A stretch of 64,000 nt of DNA, taken from Octopus bimaculoides. Lineage: Eukaryota. Below the pieces are notes generated by a model. It ran no database searches. It worked only from the letters and a program-made list of their open reading frames with translations, and was not told the DNA's origin. Location of the stretch: contig NC_068983.1 in the NCBI RefSeq assembly GCF_001194135.2, forward strand, positions 98,943,420 to 99,007,419. Reading direction: 5' to 3'. Positions 39,579-49,291 of the stretch are shown piece after piece. The translations under genes and the position numbers were made by a program. Position 1 is the stretch's first letter; each line of letters opens with the position of its first letter.

Positions 39579-41467
39579 GTGTGTATGCGCACACGTGTGT
39601 GTATATGTGAATGCAGATATGTATGCATGTGTGTGCATACACACATACTTTTGAACTACTTCCAATTGACATCTATCCCTCATTCTTATCATGTCTCCCC
39701 ACTCATATTTACCATGCCCACTCCTATTCAATAAATTCATCCCCTATATATACATCTGACCACCTCCACCCCACATTTATATCCATCTCGCACTTTCCAC
39801 TCACACTCTTGCAGCCTTACCCACTCTTCCTGATTCATCTGTATTCACACACTCTTCTGTTCACTTTCATGGATATGTTTACCTTGACAGTACATTCTGA
39901 CATCTCATCAACCATAATACTTACTTCTCTTTCAGGCACCCCTCCACCCACTCCTTCCTCCCCATGTAAAATGTAAGGTAGCCATGAATTTCCTCCACAA
40001 CTATAAACCTGTTTCAGATCTTCCCAACATAACTTTTAACCTCTCAATGTGTCACATAAAGCAACTACCCTATCTTCTGTCTCAGATGGGGGGAAGAGTC
40101 TTCAGATTTGCAAGTTATAAGGCAACCTTACTAATGATGACGCCACAGAAAAAGCTCTCAGTAAAGTAATTGATATTAGGATATCCATTTAGCAATAGAG
40201 ACCATGCCAAAAATGAGACACTAGAGCAAAACATGATCCTCCACCTATTGGATTCTGTTGAAACATGCAAACATATTTTGCACACTAGCAATTGTTCACT
40301 GGTTCACTCTAGTAAAGTGCTTGAAGGACGACGCCCTCATTGCATTGGGTGTTAAAACACCTGCAAATCATAGACAGGTGAGACAACTTACCACCAGATC
40401 CTATTCAGGAGTGATGGATTCCAATATTTTGCCATTGCTTTTTTTGGCTTATCAACATCACATTCTTAAATCAAACCCAAGACAAACTGAATTGCCAGTC
40501 TGTGATTATATATAAATAGTGTTAAAATTATTTGTTGGTATGCTGTGACGATGTATACATAAGATTAAATTCAGTAATGAATTGAAAAGCAATGCTAGTG
40601 TTGTAAACATTGACTGCAATACTCAATGTATGTGCATTGTTTGTTTGCTGGTTCACTGCAGTAAAGCACCTGAAGGACAATTCTCTCATTGCACTGGGTG
40701 TCTCACACTCACACACACATACGGTACATCTCTGATATATAGTGGTCAGAATTTTATATGGTAATTTTTCACTTAGCATGTAAAACTCATGTAGAAAATG
40801 TAATAAACCATATTCAGTTCTCTCCAAAGGTTACAGTAGAAAGGTTTTTTTTTTTTTTTTTTTACCAAAATCCTCATTATACAATGTTAAATTACAAATT
40901 GACTTCACAGAACAGTTGATTTCTAAATAGTAGCCATCATCAATGCAAAGGTAGATTTCTTACCATTCACTATCATCTGATGCAACACTAACATCAAAAT
41001 TTAATTAATAGAAGCACTGCATGGCATTAAGGCAGAGATGTAATTTCAACTTATGAGCATATGCTTTTAGTAAATACATTTTTAGCCTTACTCTGGAAAG
41101 TAACAACCAAATTTTTCACAGTGAAACTAAAAACATATTTACTACAACACACCTTCATCAACAGTAACTAATACTTTCTTACAAGTGCTTTGTCATCTAA
41201 GTCATGCACAAACTATGGTCAGTTAAATTAGATGTAATTTAACTATCACAGCCCAAATTTTCATAGGCATATCTCAACCTCATTTTGAACAGCTCAGAGA
41301 TAAGTGTTTGAACAGAGATAGTTACATTACTTGTCAAGTTTATAAAGATGACTAAACAGAAAAGATTTCTACTCACCTTCTTCAATTCGATGAATAGAGG
41401 AATTAAAGATTATAGCAATCAATACAAACAGCACTGACACTGAAATAAATACTCCTTGAATAGCCAT
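18795..41467 (-). CDS. ERLIN: Erlin (SPFH/band-7 domain ER membrane protein), spliced CDS of 11 exons, 327 aa
   Basis: Manual splicing gives [327 protein letters not shown]. Recognisable erlin motifs throughout, including the NYT glycosylation sequon. Exon lengths 91+23+81+47+62+126+133+92+90+80+159=984 nt, all GT-AG, phases consistent. Confidence 0.97.
19166..19321. mobile_element. hAT-type MITE 1
   Basis: TIR cactcacatagct / agctatgctagtg; 8-bp TSD GTTAGTTC at 19158-19165 and 19322-19329. Confidence 0.75.
19330..19523. mobile_element. hAT-type MITE 2, directly adjacent to MITE 1
   Basis: TIR cagtggtgtat / atacatccctg; flanked by GTTAGTTC (19322-19329) and GTTAGTTT (19524-19531). Confidence 0.7.
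20026..20513. mobile_element. TTAA-bounded MITE with ~100-bp imperfect TIRs
   Basis: ttaagcaccctatataacccct... versus ...aggggatataaggcatacttaa; a related right-end fragment lies at ~49590-49710. Confidence 0.7.
20548..20627 (-). CDS. ERLIN: Erlin coding exon 10 ([27 protein letters not shown])
   Basis: ttttcttttacag|CTCTTAC...AAATGAG|gtaata, 80 nt. Confidence 0.95.
21900..22368. repeat. Composite inverted insertion inside a SINE-like repeat
   Basis: 21900-22158 is the reverse complement of 20078-20336 (5 mismatches in 259 bp by eye). 22157-22250 is the reverse complement of 22275-22368 (1 mismatch in 94 bp). Confidence 0.92.
22842..22931 (-). CDS. ERLIN: Erlin coding exon 9 ([30 protein letters not shown])
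   Basis: catttag|AGGCTG...ATAGAAT|gtaagt, 90 nt. Confidence 0.96.
24653..24744 (-). CDS. ERLIN: Erlin coding exon 8 (EAEKTKLLI...ERKKAVI)
   Basis: ttttccag|GGAAGCAG...GTTATTG|gtaaat, 92 nt. Confidence 0.96.
25756..25888 (-). CDS. ERLIN: Erlin coding exon 7 (DQIDENLK...RRNYEA-M)
   Basis: ttttcag|ATCAAATT...GAAGCAAT|gtaaat, 133 nt. Confidence 0.97.
26820..26990 (+). repeat. Abundant interspersed repeat ending ...gctagcatggaaagcggacgttaaacgatgatgatg
   Basis: Near-identical copy at 34105-34250. Diverged copies on both strands at ~3780-3990, 23100-23390, 38200-38620, 42830-42940, 47300-47560, 48045-48580, 53760-54100, 61140-61260. Confidence 0.85.
28010..28135 (-). CDS. ERLIN: Erlin coding exon 6 ([14 protein letters not shown]...VYIDLF)
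   Basis: ttttcag|TTCATG...TTGTTTG|gtaagt, 126 nt. Confidence 0.97.
29088..29226. other. Assembly gap after (TA)n; other gaps at 31834-32204, 55430-55439, 57964-57973, 58607-58677
   Basis: Runs of N. Confidence 0.98.
29834..29895 (-). CDS. ERLIN: Erlin coding exon 5 ([20 protein letters not shown])
   Basis: ctttcag|TGGTGGT...GCAGCAG|gtatgt, 62 nt. Confidence 0.96.
29960..30340 (-). mobile_element. Decayed RTE-like LINE RT core fragment
   Basis: Minus strand reads [38 protein letters not shown], matching the AFVDLEKAFDRVP...IWW motif. Confidence 0.7.
31488..31534 (-). CDS. ERLIN: Erlin coding exon 4 ([16 protein letters not shown])
   Basis: ttttag|ACAACC...CACAAG|gtaaat, 47 nt. Confidence 0.96.
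31640..32665 (+). repeat. LINE 3' end containing an expanded 30-bp minisatellite ([10 protein letters not shown])n
   Basis: Flanks read [24 protein letters not shown]...[28 protein letters not shown], a LINE C-terminus, with an aagccaagccaa tail. Unit gacgtgactcgacgagacctccggaggctt; 371-N gap at 31834-32204. Confidence 0.85.
33045..33125 (-). CDS. ERLIN: Erlin coding exon 3 (GGALL...FRSVQ)
   Basis: tttag|GGAGGAGCC...GTTCAG|gtaagt, 81 nt. Confidence 0.96.
33183..33390. mobile_element. piggyBac-type MITE copy
   Basis: TTAA at 33179-33182 and 33391-33394; same internal sequence as 4890-5099 in opposite orientation. Confidence 0.85.
33466..33700 (+). repeat. SINE-like family (ggcagtgagctggcaga...gagttcaaattcc...aagtaccag)
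   Basis: Recurs at ~670-890, 11810-12010, 14710-14910, 19540-19750, 24090-24300, 26190-26420, 28200-28380, 36700-36930, 59040-59190 in both orientations. Confidence 0.8.
36200..36520 (+). mobile_element. Possible LTR-retroelement remnant (LTR end plus PBS-like motifs)
   Basis: AATAAA-containing segment ending ...caccaca, then three decayed tggtgacc-like motifs (~36426, 36470, 36508); 35715-35990 has an internal ~175-bp duplication. Weak. Confidence 0.25.
37415..37437 (-). CDS. ERLIN: Erlin coding exon 2, 23-nt microexon (GHVGVYYR)
   Basis: gcaacttgcag|GTCATGTTGGTGTTTATTACAGA|gtaagt. Supplies the conserved GHVGVYYR and restores frame between exons 1 and 3. Confidence 0.93.
37960..38070 (-). 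mobile_element. Possible mariner transposase C-terminal remnant
   Basis: Minus strand [13 protein letters not shown] resembles the ...L.ERW.KVV end of mariner transposases. Confidence 0.3.
38650..39040 (-). mobile_element. Young full-length tRNA-derived SINE
   Basis: Head ggaggcgcaatggcccagtggttagggcagcggactcacgg...ggtttcgattcccag (Pol III A and B boxes), (AAC)n tail, perfect 14-bp TSD AACCTTAACCTGAT at 38636-38649 and 39041-39054. Older relatives at ~1730-1880, 26510-26760, 28570-28915, 29530-29760, 30960-31150. Confidence 0.9.
41377..41467 (-). CDS. ERLIN: Erlin coding exon 1 (MAIQ...HRIEE-G), N-terminal membrane anchor; exon begins at 41480
   Basis: Acceptor ttcttcttttcctcag ends at 41481; aaaaATGG start; donor gtgagt at 41376; 91 nt. 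Confidence 0.95.
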
Positions 41468-41736
41468 TTTTGAGGATGTTCTGAGGAAAAGAAGAAGAAT
41501 TATCAAAATTTCCGTGTCTTTCATAATTTTTGAATTGAAAAAAATAATTTAAAAAATAGATGTTTACACTTTTATTTCTTGAAAATATCCTAGAAATCCC
41601 CCTTTTTAAATTCTCTTGCTTTACTAAGCCAGAAATTTTTTTTTACTTCTTGATAATTTTTTACGCCTGAATGGTTCATGACCTGTGTAGTGCCTCCTAG
41701 ACTGGTGGAATTAATTGGCGTTGATGTTAAGATTAG

Positions 41737-41957
41737 CCCTTTAGCATTTAAAATGGCCATATCTGGCCTAAATATTCTACTTGTTTTATGTTCAAACTGG
41801 CCAAATCTGACCTCCAACACCTACTCTACCATGTCTTTCTAAAAATAAACAAATCATATCATCATAAACATGAAGTTTTGAGATAATGCGTGATTAATTC
41901 AAAACAATGTGAATAAATAAGCTTTACATTTAACAGAAGAATCTGAATGCTAAAGGG
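41737..41957. mobile_element. piggyBac-type MITE copy in the Erlin 5'UTR intron
   Basis: ttag|CCCTTTAGCATT...AATGCTAAAGGG|ttaa. Confidence 0.85.
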
Positions 41958-43732
41958 TTAAATTTCTTCTAATGTATGGGTTTTGATTAGTCTATCATGG
42001 CTTCCTACAGTGTTGCAAGATTTTAAATTTGAATAACACACTTGGCAGTAAAAGTGTTGTGTATCTTATGTATAAGGAAATAAGGTGACATGGTCACAAG
42101 AACATTGGAAACCACAGAGCTAGGGACTGAAGGCAGCTTCAGGTTTAGGGAAGAAAGATTATGGGAAGTGCTTATTGCAAAGTCTGGAAGGCACGACAAT
42201 AAGAGTAACAAGAGGAGAAATGAGCATGTCATGTAAATGTGTTCAGGTAGACAGCCCAAAAGAGAAGAGGCCACTATAATAGTAGAAGTGGAATACAGAA
42301 AGGAACAATGTATCGCTCAGTGATTGTTATGTGTTGGTGAGGTCTTAGCTAAAAAGTCAACTAGCCTTCTAAATGTGATCTAGGATGTTTGTGCATGTTG
42401 TAGAATACCACTCAATGCATGTGAGCACTGTGTTAATGACGCTTACTTAAACTTTACAAAGAGATCAGAGCTGAAGTGTTTATTTTCTTGTTCTGAAGGT
42501 AAGAGCCAGTCTTTGGGAAGTAATTCTGGTAATGTTGTATGCATAAGATTTCTATGAGAGAATATCAGTGCATAACTGCACTGGGGAATGTTAAATGGAT
42601 TTACGTAATAATTGTTAGTGTTTGTACTGGAGGAGTTGTGTAACACTGAGGCCACCTGACTTTATAGAGGTGTGAAGCAAGATGGATATAAATGCAGGAT
42701 GTGAGTCAAACAACTACTAACAGATTAATAGATACAGTAAAGGAAGTTAGAAGAATGAAGAAGGAAAATTTATCCCATATTAACTCTGAGTTTTTGTGAG
42801 AGTGATTTCTACATATATACAAGCATTACTTTTCAGGATCAGATTGGAGCCTGGTGCAGCCCACTGGCTTGCCAGACCTCAGTCAAACCATCCAACCCAT
42901 GCCAACATGGAAAACAGGCGTTAAACAATGATGATGAAAGTAAGGTATGGACAACAGGGTTGGGTTAATGATAAAAGGTAAAAAATTTGTGTCTGAGAGA
43001 TCGATATGCAGAGGTTGCATGTTAGGTGGTGTGTAAAATTAAAGCTGGTGTGCTGAAAAACAGAAAATTGTCTAACAATTTGATAGTTAATCAATTTTGT
43101 CTTTATGGCTTGTGGCGGTAGAAGAAAAGGAGCTGCCAATTCATGAGCCCCCATGAATCACCATTTTGATCTGAAAAGCACAAATGGAAATGTCATTGAG
43201 TTAAGCTCTTGAATTGATGTACTCACTAGTCACAATCTGAATGAGAATAGAATACAAGATTAATCATCAAGTAAAGGGGCAGCCTCTTAAGGTGTTACAG
43301 TTTCAGGCCAGTGCCATATCATCAACTACGAAACCTTTCTCTACCAATACTTTGGCAAACAGGGAATTTGTATGCCAAGAGACTGGATCTTTAAACTGGA
43401 CGCATGGTCTAAATGCTTGCAATAGACTGGCATTTAAGAGCCAGGTGATGTTAAACTGTTGAGGCGAGGCTGTGGTGTTCTTATGTCATGTCAGTATCAC
43501 TAGAGAAGTTGTTTCATAGAACTCAGAACCCCATTATCCAAGAGGTAGTCATTTGCTGTTAGGAGAAACCAGGCCTCCTAGACTTACAGTAGTAACAGAA
43601 GTCACATTTCTAAGTTGATTCTCTGATAGTTAATGGTAGAATTTTAAGGCTATCGAAAGTGTAGATATTCAGAAAGAAAAAAAGAACAGAGAAAAAAAGA
43701 CAAAAAAATATAAGTAGAAAAAGAAGCCCATC

Positions 43733-43764
<32 letters not shown>

Positions 43765-45978
43765 ATATATCTCCGTGTGTGTGCCTTTGTGTCTGTCACC
43801 CCCCCCCCCACTTCACTGCTTGACAACTAGTGTTGGTTTGTTTACATCCCTGTAACTTAACGATTCAGCAAAAGAGACCAACAGAAAAGGTACTAGACTT
43901 GAAAAAAAAGTCCTGGGGTCAATTTGTTCGACTAAAACCCTTCAAGGCGGTGCTCCAGTATGGCTAGAGTCAAATCACTGAAACCCGTAAAAAAAATAAA
44001 AGAACTTATAGTGCCTGAGTTTTGATATTTATAAAAATTTTAGAAAAAGATCATCCTCAGTGCTAGTTGTGAAAAAAGTTCAATCAGATTTCTGCAATCT
44101 TATGCAATGTTGAGAATCTGAGCAGCTGTCTTGATTCTCAACAGACTTGCATTTTATTGTGATCCATATTATTATAAATAGAAAAAAAATTTTGAGAAGT
44201 AAACAATACAAGAGAAAAGACATGTTAAACCAAGCATGACTTGTATCACTAAATAACATAACCAGCTGCAGTAGAATAGGTCTCTAAAATTTCTTGGATT
44301 CATATATGCTTTATTAAATCTTTCTTTACTCTATGGTTAATCGTGTATGAAACATTTATATAATAGATCATACAATTGTTTTGTTTGGGCTTACAGTATA
44401 TGAAATATAATGGTTGGTTGGTTGGTTGGTCGGTTGTAGGAAAGTGTCCAATCAATCTTACTCTATAAAGTACATATTTTATAGCCATATGTCAAGTTTA
44501 GAGAAAATAAAACGTTTTTTTTTTTTTTTAATCAATTTTAATTCAGAGTTAGTAACTGAAAACTTGCAGATCTTAAAGAAAGACAGTGCTATAATTCCCA
44601 TCAGAAACAACACAAAAGGAATTAACATAAAAGGAGGTTTTAAATATAGAATTCAGTCATACAGAATTTCAGGTTAAGAATGAGAAATTAATAGATTGAT
44701 TGTAATAATTTCGACTTCGTGTTGAGTGACAACGTGTAGCTAACTTTAACATATAAGACAACATTCACACAGTCCTGTTCCATGTTATTGGTGCATAACC
44801 ATGTACTTGCGGTTGGGGGGGTGTGTAGTCTGAGTAAAACTACGGAGCGATATTGTATAGCATTTCAATTAAAATTATATCTATTGTTGTACAAAAGAGA
44901 GTCATAGAATGTCAGATGTCAATTCAGTGACAAAATATGGGTCGTACAATTGTGATTATCGTATCTAAAATGCGAATAGACTTTTAGATATAAAACTGCG
45001 GTGGGAAGGTTTATAGCTATAAAGGGATCATTTAAACGATATTTATCAATATTCCGATGTTCGGATTATAAATCTGTAACAGGATATTACGTCTTAGGTA
45101 CCTAAAATCCAAAAATGTAATAGAAATGCATTACATAGTTTAGGATTTAGGGTGATGATTATCGACAGGGCCACTGGATTCTGGGAATGGTGGAACGCCA
45201 CAGCCTTAAATGTGTCTCTTACGTGGCCCTGATCGAAGTGTTGCAACTTTATTGATCAGGTGTTGCTGGGCACCTGCATTTTAACGGATGGCGGGTCGTA
45301 ACTATAAACAATTTCCAAACTCGTAAACCACACACTTTTTGTAGAGCCCAATGAAGACATCTTGCACACAAACACCATAAAAGGGAAATGGAATATCATC
45401 AACAGTATATATATGTTCTGATCAGCAGGCGTCATGTTCACAAAAACAACGTATTTATAGCCTTACAATGCATTTATAGCCTTCTTCCATTACTATTCCA
45501 TGTAATGCTATTTTAGTAAATTCGGGGGGGGGGGCGTTTAGATTATTTGTACCTAAGACGGAAGATCCCCATTTACATGTATCGATATTACCGTTCCAAA
45601 TTCGGTACTTCGTTCATATGAATGCAGAAAGTAATTAATATTTTAAAAATAGTCCCTAGCCTCTTTATAAGAGACTATCGAGAAGATAGAGGAAAACAAT
45701 ACATAAGTAATATCTTCATTTGCATACTAAAATATGGGACACACATGAAACACAGCAATAACATTAGTTAGTGTTTAATTGATGTTTAAATAACAATATT
45801 ACTAACGAGACAACAATAGCAGAAGACCGGTAAACATGAAAAATGTTACAGACGACATAATAGAAAACGGACGTGATATGATAATATTGGAGTGTTTAAT
45901 GTGACCAATATGTGTGTATGTAGAATATAAATGACACATGGAAGAAATAAGTATTTAAAACTAGAGAGAAAAACTTAC

Positions 45979-46030
45979 ATGTGAAGAGAAATTTCATGTG
46001 GTGAGGAGACAGCGGAAGTTATATCCGTCA
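45979..46030 (-). promoter_or_regulatory. ERLIN: Probable Erlin promoter and non-coding first exon
   Basis: Local CpG enrichment; ETS-like GCGGAAGT at 46012-46019; donor cacat|gtaagt at 45978. The ATG exon starts with an acceptor, so an upstream UTR exon is required. Confidence 0.6.
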
Positions 46031-46049
46031 GCTCGAGTTAAACATCTAT

Positions 46050-46591
46050 TCTGGATTATAGTTACGTAGCACTAACTTACGACAAATTTGACGTAATGAC
46101 CGAAAATGTTTATTCTAAATTTATAGCTTTTCTAGAAATATATATACGACATGTTGAAATAATTTTTTTTTCATTTTGTTGATGTTTTATATTAATCGAG
46201 TTCACACGGATTGTAAGTTGTCGGACGAGTCTCATTTTTAGAGATAGAACATTTTTTTAAATATTCACATCACATCCCTCGGGATGAACTCTACCCTTCA
46301 TCCTTCCGTAGTTCATAAAATAAGGTACCCGTCTAATTTAAATCATATTCAATTTCATCAACTATACCCTCCTCAATAATTTGTATGCTATCGCTAATAC
46401 CAACTCGAAAGCGGTATTTACATCTCATCATCATCATGTGTTTTATTTATAGATAATGTACACAATATTGGACTGCATTCGAACTAGAAACCTTTATTTT
46501 TAAACTGATGATAGTAATAGTGAAGTAAGCGCTGACATACTTGATGTGAAAAATTAAGACAATTTAATTAGAAGAAATTACATCTTCAGAG
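46050..46591 (+). ncRNA. Candidate divergent spliced non-coding transcript from the Erlin promoter
   Basis: Donor ggatt|gtaagt after 46212; internal exon 46453-46591 (tttatag|...cagag|gtaaga) with stops in all 3 frames. Motif evidence only. Confidence 0.35.
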
Positions 46592-47633
46592 GTAAGAAAA
46601 TGTCATGAAACAAATTAGTAATTGTGAGTTGAAAAAGGTAGGGGAGACAACCTCAGATATTTTAATTACATATAGAATCCAAAGGGGAATGAGTCTCATG
46701 TTTAACAGTACGGTGATAACCCCAGACATGTTTTACTCTTATTAGGCCTCATCAGCGTATCGTAATCTAACCGTTACAGCAGATTTCACAAAGAAGGGAA
46801 GGGTATATAGGTTTTTCATGAATGAACACTGAGTAGCGTGGTAACTCAAAAGAATAACTTGGACGAAATCTCACGATTGGGTGCTGCTTAAAAAATAAAA
46901 AAGAGTGCATCAATGATATGGGGAATATGAAAGACATTATTACAATTATTACAAAACAGTAGGTCAGTAAGATGATGGTAGGGTGTGGTCTGATGGAAAT
47001 TTCGTTGCTATTTCAGGTAGGTTGAGTTACCATACGAAGGATTTAACAAGAAAAGTTACAAAGGCTAGTTCAGCCAGGTGTCATTGTAACTAACAATGTA
47101 AAGGAGATAGATGACTACAACAAAGACATGTCTTGTAATTTTTAACTCTGATATTTCATTCAATACATTAGCACCACAGCTTGCTTCTTTAAATACTGAC
47201 ATTTTAAAATGTGTCTTCATGTAATTATATAACACATGATGTTGAGTAGCATAGAGGCAATGACAAGTGACCAAGACTTTTGGTGATTTGCTGAGTTTGA
47301 GAAGACACATCAGGCTAAGTGAAATAATAGTCATGGCCAGTACTAGTGACATGTAAAAGGCACCCGTGCCAGTAACATGTAAAGGGCACTCATGCTGGTA
47401 ACACTTAAAAGCACCTAGTACACTCTGTGAAGTGGTTGGCACTAGAAAAGGCATCCAGCCATAGAAATCAAACCAAAACAGACTTAAGTCTGGTGCAACT
47501 CTCTGGTTTACCAGTTCCAGTCAAACCATCTAATCCATGCCAACATGGAAAATGGATGCTAAATGATGATGATCACTTACTAATACTATTCTTGCCATCT
47601 TAGAAGCATAACATGCTAACTTTGACAGAAATT

Positions 47634-48957
47634 GTGGATTACATTAGATTGAAAATTCAAACAAGTTTGAAAAGAATAAGTGAAAATGCAGAAGTTAAAG
47701 AAGTTAGTGGTAATGAATTCTGCGGAGAGATAAAGAATGATACAAAATTCATCTAAAAAATACGTTAGAATTTGTGTATGTGTATGAAACAAGTAAAAGT
47801 ATAATATTTAAGCAAAATATCTTTTTCATACCTCTTGAAACCACTGGATATAATATATATAATAATCCAAGATTGCAGAATAGATTTGAAAAACTAATCC
47901 ACTTTCTCTTTGCTATTTTTGGGTGCCAAAATCGGGTACCTAATGCATTTCATTTTTGTGTGTGGAGAGAGAGAGAGCGAGTGAGTGAGTGATGAAGTTT
48001 ATCTAAACATTCAATGGTATAGCAATATATTATACTATACATATCATCATCATCATCATCATTTAATGTCTGCTTTCCATGTTGACATGGGTTGGACAGT
48101 TTGACTGAGGACTGGCAAGTCAGGACGCTGCACTAGGCTACAATTTGTTCTGGCAAGGTTTCTACAGCTGGATGCCTTTCCTAATGCCAACCAGTCTGAG
48201 AGTGTAGTGGGTGCTTTTTAAGTGCCACCAGCATGGGGACCAGTCAGGTGGCACTGGCATCGACCATAGAATGATGCTTTTTACAGGCTGCTTGCACTGG
48301 CATACATAATATGTGGCTGATGTCAGTGCCAGTAGCATGTAAAAAGCACCATTTGAGCGTGGTCGATGCCAGTGCCACCTGACTGGCCCAAGTGCCAGTT
48401 GCACTTAAAAAGCACCCACTACACTCTCAGAGTAATAGGCATTAGGAAGGGCATCCAGCTGTAGAAATCTTGCCAGAACAGATTGGAGACTGGTGTAGCC
48501 TCCTGGTTTGCCAGTCCTCAATCAAACCGTCCAGCCCATGCTAGCATGGAAAGTAGATGTTAAACGATGATGATGACAATATATAAAATATAATATATTG
48601 CTATACCATTGAACGTTTAGGTAAGCTTCGTCACTCACTCACTCACTCACTCTCTCTCGCTCTCTCTCTCTCTCTCTTCCCACACAAAAATAAAACGCAT
48701 CAGTTACCTGATTTTGGCACCAAAAATAGCAAAGGGAAAGTGGATTAGTTTTTAAAATCTATTCTGCAATCTGAGATTATTATACTTTTACTTGTTTCAC
48801 ACACATACACAAACTCTAACATATTTTTTAGATTAATTTTGCATCATTCTTTATCATTCTTTATCTCTCCACAGATTTTATTACTAACTTATATAACCTC
48901 TGCATTTTCACTTATTCTTTTCAAACTTGTTTGAATTTTCAGTCTAATGTAATCCAC
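47634..48957. repeat. ~1.3-kb nested imperfect palindrome
   Basis: Outer arms 47634-48035 and ~48585-48957; inner arms ~48045-48270 and ~48355-48575; short central spacer. Confidence 0.9.
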
Positions 48958-49291
48958 ACTCTCTCAAAAACATATTTCTGCAAAATGTTATCTAAAATCA
49001 TGGGTAAAGAAAGAAATAGCAAAAAATATTTGAAAATGGGTGGGGTGAAATTTCCGAGGGTTCCACCCCGTTTTCCAGACCAAAAAAAGGGTTTTGTGGT
49101 ATATTAGGAGATCACCATAATTCATTCAATGGAAAAAAAAAATTCCAATGATTCCGGGATAGGAGGTTAGGGTTAGGATACTTGATTCTATGTAAAAAAT
49201 CTGAGTTATTTTTTTCTTAGTGAAAATCCGGCAGGTGAAAGTATCGAAATTTACCATTTTAGGTTCAGTCCTACTGCATGGCTCCTTAGAC

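Noticed and set aside
43150-43620. Higher-complexity stretch that might be a decayed LINE or a hidden exon
   Set aside because: I could not recover a recognisable motif in any frame; a translated search against Repbase/Dfam would be needed.
46711-46760. Third hammerhead-like motif on the minus strand (CTGATGAG...AAAACATGTC)
   Set aside because: G12 is missing and stems I and II do not pair convincingly; at most a decayed remnant.
49148-49165. Interstitial telomeric repeat (ggttagggttagg)
   Set aside because: Only about two units, within what looks like repeat-derived sequence.
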